From contig NZ_JBFGFI010000001.1 of assembly GCF_041579695.1 (NCBI RefSeq), positions 15,369-79,368 of the forward strand: a stretch of DNA of 64,000 nt. Direction: 5' to 3'. The DNA is from Halopseudomonas sp. GTDB taxonomy: Bacteria; Pseudomonadota; Gammaproteobacteria; Pseudomonadales; Pseudomonadaceae. Positions 12,677-22,715 of the stretch are shown piece after piece (position 1 is the stretch's first letter; each line of letters opens with the position of its first letter). Position numbers and translations under genes: made by a program. The notes beneath the pieces are model-generated. The model saw only the letters and a list, made by a program, of their open reading frames with translations. It searched no databases and was not told the origin of the DNA.

Positions 12677-12709
12677 AAAAAACCCGACCTGCTTGCGCGG
12701 GTCGGGTTT
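12677..12709 (-). terminator. Intrinsic terminator after phaF
   Basis: AAACCCGACC / GGTCGGGTTT 10-bp stem, with a T run on the minus strand. Confidence 0.85.
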
Positions 12710-12737
12710 GCTTTCAGAGCCAGCTGTCTGTCAGCGA

Positions 12738-13463
12738 TCAGCTGTTAGACGGCTTGTCCGCCGAAGTTGCCGGGCTGGTCGCTGCGGGTGCCGCCGGAGC
12801 GGTCGCATCGGTCTTGCCTGGAGCCGCCTGCGGCTTGGCAACAGTACGCGAGCTTGCTGCTGCTCGCGGCTTGGCCGGGGCCTTGGGCTTGGCCCGCGCT
12901 TTCGCGGCGGCCGGAGCCTTGGCCGGAGCCGTCTTGGCCGCAGATTTCACTGGCGGCTTGGCGGCTGTTTTCGCCGGTGGCTTGGCAGCAGCTTTCGGAG
13001 CAGCCTTGGGCGCTACTTTAGCGGGCGCCTTTGTACTGGTCATCTGGCTGATCAGCCGAGTCAACTCGTCGACCTTCGCATTCAGTGCTCTAACTTCATC
13101 ACGCGAGGGCACTCCGAGGCGGGAAACAGCGCTGTTGAGACGCTTGTCAAAAGCAGCTTCAAGCTCGTCCCATCGACCGGAAACCTTGCCCCTGGCCTTG
13201 TCGACCTTGGACTTGGTTGCCTCGACAGAGTCCTTCTTGCTCTTGCTGGCTTTGCCCTTGACGGCCTCGACCTGTTTGTCGATTTCGGCCTTGGCCGCTT
13301 TTTCAGCCTGCTCGCCATCCTTGATCAGCGTATCGAAGAGTTTGACACCCTCCTTGCCGACCTTGGCGTAAGCGCCCAGTCCAGCCAACCAGATCTGGCG
13401 CGAATAGTTTTCTATATCGCTGACCCAGCCCGTATCCTTGTCCTGCTTTTTCTTGCCCGCCAT
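12738..13463 (-). CDS. phaF: Phasin with histone-H1-like Ala/Lys/Pro tail
   Basis: RQIWLAGLGAYAK, LGVPSRDEVRALNAKVDEL zipper, AAKP-like C-terminal repeats. Confidence 0.94.
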   Translation of the reverse strand: MAGKKKQDKDTGWVSDIENYSRQIWLAGLGAYAKVGKEGVKLFDTLIKDGEQAEKAAKAEIDKQVEAVKGKASKSKKDSVEATKSKVDKARGKVSGRWDELEAAFDKRLNSAVSRLGVPSRDEVRALNAKVDELTRLISQMTSTKAPAKVAPKAAPKAAAKPPAKTAAKPPVKSAAKTAPAKAPAAAKARAKPKAPAKPRAAASSRTVAKPQAAPGKTDATAPAAPAATSPATSADKPSNS

Positions 13464-13482
13464 GGAGTAACTCCTCTGTGAC

Positions 13483-13905
13483 TTACTTGCTTTCCATCGA
13501 CTTGATTGCAGCCGTCAGATCATCCAGCTTAGCAGACAACTGGTCAACGTCCTTCTTGCTCGGGATGCCCATGCGGCCAAGCGCAGAAGCTACGCGCTCG
13601 TCGAAGACTTCCTCGACCTTGTTCAGGCTGCTACCAGTGCGAGTCTGGAAGCGCTCACGCAGGCTCTCGACCTTAGTGTTCACGCGGCTGGTGGCTGACT
13701 CGATCTGGCTCGAAACAAGTTCCTTACCCTGCTTCTCGACGGCTTCGCCTTCGTTGACCAGCTTCTTGAAGTAGTCTGCGCCTTCCTTACCAGCCTTGGC
13801 GTAGGCACCCAGGCCGGCCAACCAGATCTGGTGAGCGTAGTTCTTCATGTCGCCGGTAACCGATGCGGTGTTTTCTTCAACTTTCTTGGCTGTAGATTTG
13901 GCCAT
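13483..13905 (-). CDS. phaI: Phasin
   Basis: HQIWLAGLGAYAKAGKEG...GIPSKKDVDQLSAKLDDL; upstream of phaF. Confidence 0.93.
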   Translation of the reverse strand: MAKSTAKKVEENTASVTGDMKNYAHQIWLAGLGAYAKAGKEGADYFKKLVNEGEAVEKQGKELVSSQIESATSRVNTKVESLRERFQTRTGSSLNKVEEVFDERVASALGRMGIPSKKDVDQLSAKLDDLTAAIKSMESK

Positions 13906-14003
13906 GTTGGTAACTCCTCAAATGGATCAAAAGTGGACCGGATATCGATCCTTGGAGCCCAAGTTACCGATCAGAATTAGAAAACACATACTAAAAGGAC
14001 AAA

Positions 14004-14279
14004 TCAGCTCAGATACTTGTCCAGTGCCTTGTCGATCTCGCCTTTGACCATGCCCGCCATCGGCGTGAGCATCAGGCCCAGCTTGACGGTGACCCGCACC
14101 TGATCCTCGCCCACGCTGATACAACCGTCTGCACCGCTGCGCTTGAACGTGAGGTCGTCGCCTTCCCAGGTACATTTCGCGTCCAGTTTCTGTGCCAGCT
14201 TGTCGGCCAGCTTCTGCGCGCGCACGCGCGCCTCTTCCTTGCCCAGATTATGTTCGCGGGTAATATCGACAGTTGCCAT
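14004..14279 (-). CDS. Polyhydroxyalkanoic acid system family protein
   Basis: MATVDITREHNLG...LTFKRSGADG...VKLGLMLTPM; usual position between phaI and ubiE. Confidence 0.85.
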   Translation of the reverse strand: MATVDITREHNLGKEEARVRAQKLADKLAQKLDAKCTWEGDDLTFKRSGADGCISVGEDQVRVTVKLGLMLTPMAGMVKGEIDKALDKYLS

Positions 14280-14434
14280 CGGGGGATCTCTCTCGTTGGA
14301 TTCAAGGGCCATAGCATGCCCCAAAGCCGGCCCAGCGTCATCCTGGCCGTGCGACAGCCTGTCCGCCTGAAAACCCCCGCTCAGGCCGAAAAAATGGTTA
14401 GAATGGACGCTGATTTGCCCAGGCAGACGAGCCA

Positions 14435-15196
14435 ATGACAGACGAGCAGAAAACAGATCGCACCACCCACTTCGGCTATCAGACAGTCGACGAGTCAGAG
14501 AAAGCAGCGCGGGTAGCCGACGTGTTCCACTCGGTAGCCGCCCGCTACGACCTGATGAACGACCTGATGTCCGGAGGCATCCACCGTTTGTGGAAACGCT
14601 TCACTATCGAGCTGTCCGGTGTGCGCCCGGGTAACCGCGTACTCGATATCGCCGGCGGTACCGGTGATCTCACCCGCAAGTTCTCCAAACTGGTGGGCAT
14701 CGAGGGCGAGGTCGTACTGGCCGATATCAACGACTCGATGCTCAAGGTCGGCCGTGACCGGCTGCTCGATTGCGGCGTGGCAGGTAATGTGCGTTTCGTG
14801 CAGGCCGACGCCGAGGCGCTACCCTTTCCGGACAACCATTTCGATTGCATCACCATTGCTTTTGGTCTGCGCAACGTCACCCACAAGGATCGCGCGATTG
14901 CGTCAATGCTGCGCGTACTGAAGCCCGGTGGTCGTCTGCTGGTGCTGGAGTTCTCCAAGCCGGGTAACAAGCTGCTGTCCAAAGCCTATGACCAATACTC
15001 GTTCACCTTGTTGCCACTGATTGGCAAGCTGGTCACCAACGATTCGGAAAGTTACCGCTACCTTGCAGAATCCATCCGCATGCACCCGGACCAGGAAACA
15101 CTCAAGGCGATGATGGAAGAAGCCGGGTTCGCTCGCGTGACCTATCACAACATGACCGGCGGCGTGGTCGCACTGCACCGGGGAATCAAGCCCTGA
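14435..15196 (+). CDS. ubiE: Ubiquinone/menaquinone C-methyltransferase
   Basis: [40 protein letters not shown]. Confidence 0.97.
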   Translation: MTDEQKTDRTTHFGYQTVDESEKAARVADVFHSVAARYDLMNDLMSGGIHRLWKRFTIELSGVRPGNRVLDIAGGTGDLTRKFSKLVGIEGEVVLADINDSMLKVGRDRLLDCGVAGNVRFVQADAEALPFPDNHFDCITIAFGLRNVTHKDRAIASMLRVLKPGGRLLVLEFSKPGNKLLSKAYDQYSFTLLPLIGKLVTNDSESYRYLAESIRMHPDQETLKAMMEEAGFARVTYHNMTGGVVALHRGIKP

Positions 15197-15819
15197 TGCT
15201 GACCCGTTCGGTGCTCGCCGCAGCAGAGCGCAGCCTCAAGCTGGCGCTGGATCGCGACCCGCTCACGGCCAGACGCCTGGCAGCACTGGAAGGCAAAACC
15301 ATTCTGATCCAGGCCAGCGATCCTGCCTGGCTGCTCTATCTGCAACCGGGCGTGGACGGCATTCGCCTGGCGATGGACAGTCCTGCCGATCCCGACTGCA
15401 CCTTGAGCGCGCCCACCCGCCTGCTCGTGCAACTGTTCATCAGCGAGCGACGCCAACGACTACTGCAGGACCCGCAGCTGCAGCTCAGTGGCGACAGTCA
15501 GGTGCTTGTCAGCCTGCAGAATGCCATGGCTGATCTGCGCCTGGATGGTGAAGCCGAACTCGCGCGCTGGCTCGGGCCGGTAGCGGGCCACAGCATTGCC
15601 GGCGTGGCGCGAAGCGGCTGGCAGTGGGGCGGCGAAGCCAGACAAACCCTGAGTCGTGGCCTGGCCGAATACCTGACCGAAGAAAGCGGCCAACTGGTCG
15701 GCAATGCCGAAGCCCGCGCCTGCGCCGACCAGCTATACCAGCTGCGCCTGGATCTGGATCGCCTGGAAGCCCGGGTAAACCTCCTGAGCGTAACCGACCC
15801 GGAACCCCCAGAAGCATGA
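15196..15819 (+). CDS. ubiJ: Ubiquinone biosynthesis accessory factor (SCP2 domain)
   Basis: SCP2-like N-terminus, LAEYLTEE, coiled-coil end; lies between ubiE and ubiB. Confidence 0.88.
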   Translation: MLTRSVLAAAERSLKLALDRDPLTARRLAALEGKTILIQASDPAWLLYLQPGVDGIRLAMDSPADPDCTLSAPTRLLVQLFISERRQRLLQDPQLQLSGDSQVLVSLQNAMADLRLDGEAELARWLGPVAGHSIAGVARSGWQWGGEARQTLSRGLAEYLTEESGQLVGNAEARACADQLYQLRLDLDRLEARVNLLSVTDPEPPEA

Positions 15820-17408
15820 ATCCGACCGCCCTTCTGCGCCTGCTGCGCATCGCCCGCATATTCACGCGCTACCGCCTCGACCAGTTGCTCTGGGCGTTTC
15901 CGCTGCCGTGGTTTGCCCGGCTGTTACTGCGCCTCGGGCCCTGGCGCCTGAAACCCGTACCCCGCGACCTCAGCCGCGGTGCACGCCTGCGTCTGGCCTG
16001 CGAGGATCTGGGTCCGGTGTTCATCAAGTTCGGTCAGATTCTCTCCACCCGCCGCGATCTGCTCGCCGATGATATTGCGCTGGAGCTTGCCCGCCTGCAG
16101 GACAAGGTGCCGCCCTTCCCCGCCGAGCAGGCCCGCCGGCGTATCGAGGAGCAGCTCGGCCAGACCATCGACTCGGTGTTCAGCAGCTTCAGCGACGAGG
16201 CGCTGGCCTCGGCCTCGGTTGCCCAGGTGCATGCCGCCCGTCTGCACAACGGAGACGAGGTGGTGGTGAAAGTGATTCGTCCGGGTATTGGCCAGACTAT
16301 CCACCAGGACATGCAGTGGCTGTTCCTCGCCGCAAAACTGCTCCAGCGGGTCTGGGTAGAGGGCCGTCGCCTGCGGCCGGTGGAGGTAGTCAGTGATTAC
16401 CAGAACACCATTTTTGACGAGCTCGACCTGTATCGCGAGGCAGCCAACGCATCCCAGTTGCGCCGTAACTTCGAGGATTCGCCCCTGCTCTACATTCCCA
16501 GAATCTATTGGGACTGGAGCCGTCACAAGGTACTGGTGATGGAGCGCATCAACGGCCTGCCGGTGACTGACATGGAGGGCCTGCTGGACCAGCGTACCGA
16601 CATGAAGAAGCTTGCCGAACGCGGCGTGGAGATATTCTTCACCCAGGTCTTCCGTGACAGTTTTTTCCATGCCGACATGCATCCGGGCAATATCTTCGTC
16701 TCGCGCAGCCATCCATGGAATCCGCAATACCTGGCGGTCGACTTCGGCATCGTCGGCAGCCTGACGCCGGAAGATCAGAACTATCTGGCGCGCAACCTGA
16801 TGGCCTTTTTCAAGCGCGATTACCGCCAGGTGGCGCAGCTGCATATCGACTCCGGTTGGGTACCCGCCGACACCCGGGTAAATGAATTCGAAGCAGCCAT
16901 CCGCAGCGTCTGCGAGCCGATATTCGAGCGTCCGCTGAAAGACATATCCTTTGGTCAGCTGCTGCTGCGCCTGTTCCAGACGGCAAGACGTTTCAACATG
17001 GAAGTACAGCCACAGTTGGTGTTGCTGCAAAAGACCCTGCTGAACATCGAGGGTCTGGGCCGCCAGCTCTACCCCGACCTCGATCTCTGGAGCACCGGCC
17101 AACCCTACCTGGAACGCTGGATGCGCGAGCGCGCGATGCCGGCGCACCAGCTGCGGCATTGGCAACAGCAGCTGGAACAGGTTCCCGCCCTGCTGCACAG
17201 CGCCCGCCATGCCTTGGATAACCTGCCCGAGCGTCAGCCGAAAGTCGTGGTGCGTTCCGGCAATAGCGCCGTGCGCCTGGCCGGTCTTTTGCTGGTGTTG
17301 TTGGGGGCCAGCCAGTTGGGTGGCGATCCGGCTGAATGGGCCCAGGCAGAGCTCTCCAACTGGCTGCTGCTGGCGCTCGGTGGCTGGCTGGTATTGCGTC
17401 GCGCGTAG
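15816..17408 (+). CDS. ubiB: Ubiquinone biosynthesis kinase-like protein
   Basis: [41 protein letters not shown]. Confidence 0.96.
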   Translation: MNPTALLRLLRIARIFTRYRLDQLLWAFPLPWFARLLLRLGPWRLKPVPRDLSRGARLRLACEDLGPVFIKFGQILSTRRDLLADDIALELARLQDKVPPFPAEQARRRIEEQLGQTIDSVFSSFSDEALASASVAQVHAARLHNGDEVVVKVIRPGIGQTIHQDMQWLFLAAKLLQRVWVEGRRLRPVEVVSDYQNTIFDELDLYREAANASQLRRNFEDSPLLYIPRIYWDWSRHKVLVMERINGLPVTDMEGLLDQRTDMKKLAERGVEIFFTQVFRDSFFHADMHPGNIFVSRSHPWNPQYLAVDFGIVGSLTPEDQNYLARNLMAFFKRDYRQVAQLHIDSGWVPADTRVNEFEAAIRSVCEPIFERPLKDISFGQLLLRLFQTARRFNMEVQPQLVLLQKTLLNIEGLGRQLYPDLDLWSTGQPYLERWMRERAMPAHQLRHWQQQLEQVPALLHSARHALDNLPERQPKVVVRSGNSAVRLAGLLLVLLGASQLGGDPAEWAQAELSNWLLLALGGWLVLRRA

Positions 17409-17457
17409 ATTACATACCACTGGCGCAACCCGCCCCATAACTGGCACACTTCCACGC

Positions 17458-17871
17458 ATGACCGACATGACTGAAAACACCGACTGGCTCGAGTGCGTGA
17501 AATGGGGTGCCGACGGCCTGATTCCCGCGATCGCACAGGATATCCATACCCAGCGCGTGCTGATGGTGGCATGGATGAATCGCGAGGCATTGCAGCTTAC
17601 TGCCGCTGAAGGCCGCGGCATCTACTGGTCCCGCTCGCGGCAGAAACTCTGGCGCAAGGGCGAGGAGTCCGGACACGTGCAGGTACTGCACGAGTTGCGG
17701 CTGGACTGCGATGCCGATGTGATTATCCTGATGGTCGAGCAGATCGGCGGTATGGCCTGTCACACCGGACGCGAGAGCTGCTTCTACCGGGTTCTGCGCG
17801 ACGGCGAGTGGCAAGCTGTGGACCCGGTCCTCAAGGACCCCGAGCACATCTATGAGCACAAGCATGAATGA
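17458..17871 (+). CDS. hisI: Phosphoribosyl-AMP cyclohydrolase
   Basis: [34 protein letters not shown]. Confidence 0.96.
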   Translation: MTDMTENTDWLECVKWGADGLIPAIAQDIHTQRVLMVAWMNREALQLTAAEGRGIYWSRSRQKLWRKGEESGHVQVLHELRLDCDADVIILMVEQIGGMACHTGRESCFYRVLRDGEWQAVDPVLKDPEHIYEHKHE

Positions 17872-18196
17872 TACTCTCAGGCAGCTGGCCGCTGTGTTGG
17901 AGCAGCGCAAGCAGGCCAGTGCCGATAACTCCTACGTGGCCAGCCTGCACGCCAAGGGGCTGAACAAGATTCTCGAGAAAGTCGGCGAGGAATGCACTGA
18001 AACACTGCTCGCCGCGAAGGATTGCGAGCATCGCCAGGACAAGTCCGAGCTAATCGGTGAAACGGCTGATTTGTGGTTTCACAGCATGGTCATGCTCAGC
18101 CATCTGGGTCTGGGTCCGGACGATATACTCGATGAGCTGGAACGACGTTTCAATCTATCCGGTCTCACTGAGAAGGCATCCCGCCAACTGAAATAG
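17864..18196 (+). CDS. hisE: Phosphoribosyl-ATP diphosphatase
   Basis: [29 protein letters not shown]. Confidence 0.95.
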   Translation: MNDTLRQLAAVLEQRKQASADNSYVASLHAKGLNKILEKVGEECTETLLAAKDCEHRQDKSELIGETADLWFHSMVMLSHLGLGPDDILDELERRFNLSGLTEKASRQLK

Positions 18197-18218
18197 GGCA
18201 TCGCCCTGGAGGTTTCCA

Positions 18219-18455
18219 ATGGGTTTTGGTGGCATCAGTATCTGGCAACTCGCGATCGTACTGGCGATCGTTATTCTGCTTTTCGGCACCAAGCGCCTGA
18301 AGAGTGTCGGCAGCGATCTGGGCGAAGCGATCAAGGGTTTCCGCAAGTCGGTCGGCAACGAAGACGAAAAGCCCCCGGTACAGGACAAGACCAGTGGCGA
18401 GACCCTCGACGCCGAGGCCGAACGCAAGAAGCAGGAAACACGGTCGGGAGACTGA
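18219..18455 (+). CDS. tatA: Twin-arginine translocase subunit
   Basis: [38 protein letters not shown]. Confidence 0.96.
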   Translation: MGFGGISIWQLAIVLAIVILLFGTKRLKSVGSDLGEAIKGFRKSVGNEDEKPPVQDKTSGETLDAEAERKKQETRSGD

Positions 18456-18461
18456 TCGTCC

Positions 18462-18854
18462 ATGTTCGATGTCGGGTTCTTCGAATTACTGATCATTGGC
18501 ATCATTGCCCTTCTGGTCCTCGGCCCGGAGCGGTTGCCCGGTGCTGTGCGCATGGTTGGTCTGACCATAGGTCGGATAAAGCGTGGCTTTGCCGACGTGA
18601 AGTCGCAGGTCGAGCGGGAAATCGGTGCTGACGAAATCCGCCAACAGCTGCACAACGAGCGGATCATGAGCAACCTGGAGAAGCAGGCAACGCATATCGA
18701 TCCTCCAGCCTCGAATGTGAAATCCGGTCGTAACGCGACTGTCACGGACACGGAGCAGACTACAGAATCAGTTGAGCCTCCCAGCCAAGACACCGACCCT
18801 GAAGACTCCGATAAACGTGCCGCCACCCAGCAAAATTTCCGCAATGACGGATAA
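18462..18854 (+). CDS. tatB: Twin-arginine translocase subunit
   Basis: [26 protein letters not shown]. Confidence 0.96.
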   Translation: MFDVGFFELLIIGIIALLVLGPERLPGAVRMVGLTIGRIKRGFADVKSQVEREIGADEIRQQLHNERIMSNLEKQATHIDPPASNVKSGRNATVTDTEQTTESVEPPSQDTDPEDSDKRAATQQNFRNDG

Positions 18855-19623
18855 ACGCACCCCCAGCCAGCTGGCCGAAGATATGCCCCTGGTGGCCCAT
18901 CTCACCGAGCTGCGCTCCCGACTGCTGCGTATTGTTGGCATCTGGCTGCTGATCTTTGCCGGTCTTTTCTACTTCGCCAACGACCTGTACACATTCATTT
19001 CCGAACCCCTGCGCGTGTTTCTGCCGGAAGGCACCAGCATGATCGCAACGGATGTGGCTTCGCCCTTTCTGACGCCGTTCAAACTGGCGCTGGTCAGTGC
19101 ATTGTTCCTTGCCATGCCGTTCATCCTGCACCAGTTCTGGAGCTTCATCGCGCCGGGCCTGTACAAGCACGAGAAGCGTCTGGCTATCCCGCTGCTGGCC
19201 TCAAGCATCGTCCTTTTCTACTCGGGCATGGCGTTCGCCTACTTCGTCGTCTTTCCGCTGGTATTCGGCTTCTTTACCAGTACAGCGCCAGACGGCGTGG
19301 CGGTGATGACCGACATCAACAAGTACCTGGACTTCGTACTGACGCTGTTCATGGCCTTCGGGCTGTCATTTGAAATCCCCATCGCAACCATATTGCTGGT
19401 GCTGGCTGGCGTGGTGGATGTAGCCAAACTGAAGGAGATCAGGCCGTATGTCGTGGTCGGCTGCTTCGTCATTGGTATGGTCCTGACGCCGCCGGATGTC
19501 ATCTCACAGGCGCTACTGGCGATTCCGATGTGGCTGCTCTACGAACTGGGGATCCTGTTCAGCATGCTCATCAAGAAGCGCAAGCAGGCCGAGCAGCCAC
19601 CGGAAGATCAGCCCGAGGCATGA
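18844..19623 (+). CDS. tatC: Twin-arginine translocase subunit
   Basis: [14 protein letters not shown], six TM segments, FEIP, LTPPD. Confidence 0.96.
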   Translation: MTDKRTPSQLAEDMPLVAHLTELRSRLLRIVGIWLLIFAGLFYFANDLYTFISEPLRVFLPEGTSMIATDVASPFLTPFKLALVSALFLAMPFILHQFWSFIAPGLYKHEKRLAIPLLASSIVLFYSGMAFAYFVVFPLVFGFFTSTAPDGVAVMTDINKYLDFVLTLFMAFGLSFEIPIATILLVLAGVVDVAKLKEIRPYVVVGCFVIGMVLTPPDVISQALLAIPMWLLYELGILFSMLIKKRKQAEQPPEDQPEA

Positions 19624-20327
19624 ATCTGGTATTGCTTCAGGATGCCGACTTTCTTTCCCATGACCGTGTCGAACTCCGGGACCGGCGCCTGCAGCAGCTG
19701 TGTAACGTGCATCGGGCGCAGCCGGGCGACACCGTCAAGGTGGGCGTACTCAATGGCCTGATGGGCGAAGGCCGCATCATCATTCTGAGTAAAGAGCGCG
19801 CCGAATTGCAGGTGAGTTTCAGCCAGCCTCCGCCGCCAAAGCTTCCGCTGACCCTGCTGCTGGCCATGCCCCGACCGAAGATGTTCCGTCGCATCATCCA
19901 GCACTGCGCGACCCTGGGGGTGTCTGAGATCATCCTGCTCAACAGCTATCGCGTGGAGAAAAGCTTTTGGCAGACGCCTTTCCTGCAAGCAGACCAGATC
20001 GAGCTGAACCTGATGCTCGGCCTGGAGCAGGCACGGGACACAGTGATGCCGCGGGTGCGCATCGAAAAACGCTTCAAACCCTTCGTCGAGGATGACTTGC
20101 CGGCAATCGTCGCAGGTTCGCTTGGACTGGTCGCCCACCCCGGCGATTACAGTGCCTGCCCCAGACAGGTTTCTAAGCAGGTGACCCTGGCCATCGGGCC
20201 GGAAGGTGGCTGGATTCCCTACGAACTCGAAAAATTGAGCGACGCAGGCCTTCAGCCAGTTCAGATTGGCGATCGCATTCTGCGCGTCGAGACCGCTGTT
20301 ACGGCTCTGATTGGTCGCCTGTTCTGA
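19620..20327 (+). CDS. rsmE: 16S rRNA m3U1498 methyltransferase family protein (RsmE paralog)
   Basis: SPOUT motif LAIGPEGGW...GDRILRVETA; usual position after tatC. Confidence 0.85.
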   Translation: MNLVLLQDADFLSHDRVELRDRRLQQLCNVHRAQPGDTVKVGVLNGLMGEGRIIILSKERAELQVSFSQPPPPKLPLTLLLAMPRPKMFRRIIQHCATLGVSEIILLNSYRVEKSFWQTPFLQADQIELNLMLGLEQARDTVMPRVRIEKRFKPFVEDDLPAIVAGSLGLVAHPGDYSACPRQVSKQVTLAIGPEGGWIPYELEKLSDAGLQPVQIGDRILRVETAVTALIGRLF

Positions 20328-20341
20328 GCTCGTTTGCGTCA

Positions 20342-20830
20342 CTACTTCCCTGCAGGGTGTTCTGGCAACATCCCTTCATTCGCCCAGGCGGATCCGGGTC
20401 TGACCACTACATCCCGGGCACCCACCGGCTCGCCGCATTCGGAACAGACCGTTACCGGCCGCATTACCTTGCCGCAGCTTTTGTGCACGTGAAGCACCGG
20501 AGCGCCGCGCTCATCGGCCATGTGACGATCACCCCAGGCTACCAGGGCGAGAATGGCCGGGTGCAGATCCAGACCCTTTTCGCTAAGGCGATATTCCTCA
20601 CGCACAGGCCGCTGCTGGTAAGCCACTTTCATCAGCACGCCATGCTCCACGAGTTTTTTCAGCCGGGCGGCAAGCAGATGCCGAGTAATGCCAAGACGCC
20701 GCTCGAACTCGTCAAAGCGCCGAATCCCTAAAAAACAATCGCGCAGGATCAGCAAGGTCCATTTGTCTCCGATTACTGCCAACGTACGCGCCAATGAACA
20801 GGGCTGCTGGTCAAGCTCTTCCCACCGCAT
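20342..20830 (-). CDS. HxlR-family winged-helix regulator
   Basis: CSLARTLAVIGDKWTLLILRD, RRFDEF, EYRLSEKGLDL. Confidence 0.9.
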   Translation of the reverse strand: MRWEELDQQPCSLARTLAVIGDKWTLLILRDCFLGIRRFDEFERRLGITRHLLAARLKKLVEHGVLMKVAYQQRPVREEYRLSEKGLDLHPAILALVAWGDRHMADERGAPVLHVHKSCGKVMRPVTVCSECGEPVGARDVVVRPGSAWANEGMLPEHPAGK

Positions 20831-20873
20831 AATTGATTCTCCTGAACAGTTGCTGCCCACAATAGCTTGACAG

Positions 20874-20917
20874 GTTCCAAAAAGAAACCGACTATGATTT
20901 CAGTTCCAAAAAAGAAC
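20874..20917. promoter_or_regulatory. Two 15-bp operator-like boxes in the divergent HxlR/SDR promoter
   Basis: GTTCCAAAAAGAAAC (20874-20888) and GTTCCAAAAAAGAAC (20903-20917; GTTC-N7-GAAC dyad); TTGACA at 20867-20872. Confidence 0.6.
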
Positions 20918-20932
20918 CCAAGAGGAATAGTC

Positions 20933-21661
20933 ATGGCCAGACCACCTGTTGCAGTTGTCATCGGCGCCGGAGATGCCACCGGAGGCGCGGTCGCCCGGCG
21001 TTTCGCGCGCGAGGGCTACACGCTGTGCGTGACCCGGCGCAACCTCGACCAGCTCACCCCACTGGTAGATGCGATTCGCGCTGCGGGCGGCGAGGCTCAT
21101 CCGTTCGGCTGCGACGCCCGAAGCGAGGAACAGATGGTCGAGTTGTTTCAGCATATCGAAAGGGACGTTGGCCAGATCGAAGTGGTCATTTTCAATATCG
21201 GTGCCAACGTGCGATTCTCGATTACCGAAACCACAGAACGTGTCTATCGCAAGGTCTGGGAAATGGCGGCCCTTGCCGGTTTCCTGACCGGGCGTGAGGC
21301 TGCAAAGGTTATGCTGCCCCGCAATCGGGGTACCATTATCTTTACCGGCGCAACGGCTTCATTGCGCGGTAGCAGCGGATTCGCCGCATTCGCCAGCGCC
21401 AAGTTCGCGTTGCGCGCCTTGGCCCAGAGCATGGCGCGAGAACTGGGGCCCGAGGGCATCCATGTGGCTCACCCGATCATTGATGGCGCAATCGATACCG
21501 ACTTTATCCGCGACACCTTTCCTGAACGCTACGCGTTAAAGGCAGAAGACGGAATTCTAAATCCGGAACATATTGCCGACCAATACTGGCAACTGCACTG
21601 TCAGCCCCGCGATGCCTGGACCCATGAGCTGGACCTGCGCCCATGGATGGAAACCTTTTGA
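20933..21661 (+). CDS. Atypical short-chain dehydrogenase/reductase (Tyr-to-Phe active site)
   Basis: GAGDATGG Rossmann variant, FNIGAN, FASAK in place of YxxxK. Confidence 0.88.
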   Translation: MARPPVAVVIGAGDATGGAVARRFAREGYTLCVTRRNLDQLTPLVDAIRAAGGEAHPFGCDARSEEQMVELFQHIERDVGQIEVVIFNIGANVRFSITETTERVYRKVWEMAALAGFLTGREAAKVMLPRNRGTIIFTGATASLRGSSGFAAFASAKFALRALAQSMARELGPEGIHVAHPIIDGAIDTDFIRDTFPERYALKAEDGILNPEHIADQYWQLHCQPRDAWTHELDLRPWMETF

Positions 21662-21684
21662 GCCCTACCGAGCGAGAAACAAGC

Positions 21685-22278
21685 ATGAGCAAACAGATTG
21701 AATTCTTCTTTGATGTCGGCAGCCCCGCCAGCTATCTGGCCTGGACCCAACTCCCTGCCCTGGCCGATCGTACCGGTGCGACTGTGCTATACCGGCCAAT
21801 GCTGCTTGGCGGGGTATTTCAGGCAACCGGCAACCGGTCGCCTGCTAGCGTCGAAGCCAAGGGCGCCTACACTCGGGTCGATCTTCAGCGCTTTGCCCGG
21901 CGCTATGGCGTGACGTTGAATCACAATCCGTACTTTCCGATAAACACACTGCAACTGATGCGCGGCGCCGAGGCTTTGCGCGGAACAGATCAGCTGGAGC
22001 CCTATCTGGCTGCTATATTCACCGCGATGTGGATCGATGAGCAGGATCTAGGGCAGCCGGAGGTGATTGGCAAGGTGCTGGCCGCAGCCGACTTTGATCC
22101 GACCGAGCTGATGGAGCGCCTGAGCGCTCCGGAGGTCAAGCAGGGACTGAAGGATACGACCGAGGAAGCGGTGCGCAGAGGCGTGTTTGGCGCACCGACC
22201 CTATTCGTTGATGACGAAATGTTCTTCGGACAGGACCGTCTGGAATTCGTCGAGGCGAAGCTCGGTGGGCAAAGCTAG
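21685..22278 (+). CDS. 2-hydroxychromene-2-carboxylate isomerase / GST-kappa (DsbA-fold) protein
   Basis: [34 protein letters not shown]. Confidence 0.88.
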   Translation: MSKQIEFFFDVGSPASYLAWTQLPALADRTGATVLYRPMLLGGVFQATGNRSPASVEAKGAYTRVDLQRFARRYGVTLNHNPYFPINTLQLMRGAEALRGTDQLEPYLAAIFTAMWIDEQDLGQPEVIGKVLAAADFDPTELMERLSAPEVKQGLKDTTEEAVRRGVFGAPTLFVDDEMFFGQDRLEFVEAKLGGQS

Positions 22279-22712
22279 ACTTCGAGCAGAAAGGTAACCG
22301 GCCCATCGTTGACCAGGTGTACCTGCATGTCAGCCCCGAAACGGCCGCTGGCTACCGGTGAATGCGCCGCGCCAGCCCGGCCCAGAAGATAGTCGAACAA
22401 CGCGGCGGCCTGCTCAGGCTTGGCGGCGGTGGAGAACCCCGGTCGCAAACCCTTGCGGGTATCTGCGGCCAGCGTGAACTGGGACACCAGCAGCAGGCCG
22501 CCACCGATGTCACGCAGCGACAGGTTCATGCGTCCGTGCGGATCATTGAATACACGGTAGTCCAGCAGCCTCTCGAGCAGCTTGTCAGCGACCGTCTGAT
22601 CATCTGCCGGCTCAACGCCAACCAGCACCAGCAACCCCTGCCCGATCGCGCCCACGGTCTCGCCGGCCACCGCCACATGTGCCGAGCTAACCCTCTGCAG
22701 TAAGGCCTTCAT
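22275..22712 (-). CDS. dtd: D-aminoacyl-tRNA deacylase
   Basis: [29 protein letters not shown]. Confidence 0.96.
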   Translation of the reverse strand: MKALLQRVSSAHVAVAGETVGAIGQGLLVLVGVEPADDQTVADKLLERLLDYRVFNDPHGRMNLSLRDIGGGLLLVSQFTLAADTRKGLRPGFSTAAKPEQAAALFDYLLGRAGAAHSPVASGRFGADMQVHLVNDGPVTFLLEV

Positions 22713-22715
22713 CGG

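Noticed and set aside
12738-13040. Low-complexity repeats in the phaF 3' half
   Set aside because: Explained by the known Ala/Lys/Pro DNA-binding tail of PhaF; not a CRISPR or tandem DNA repeat.
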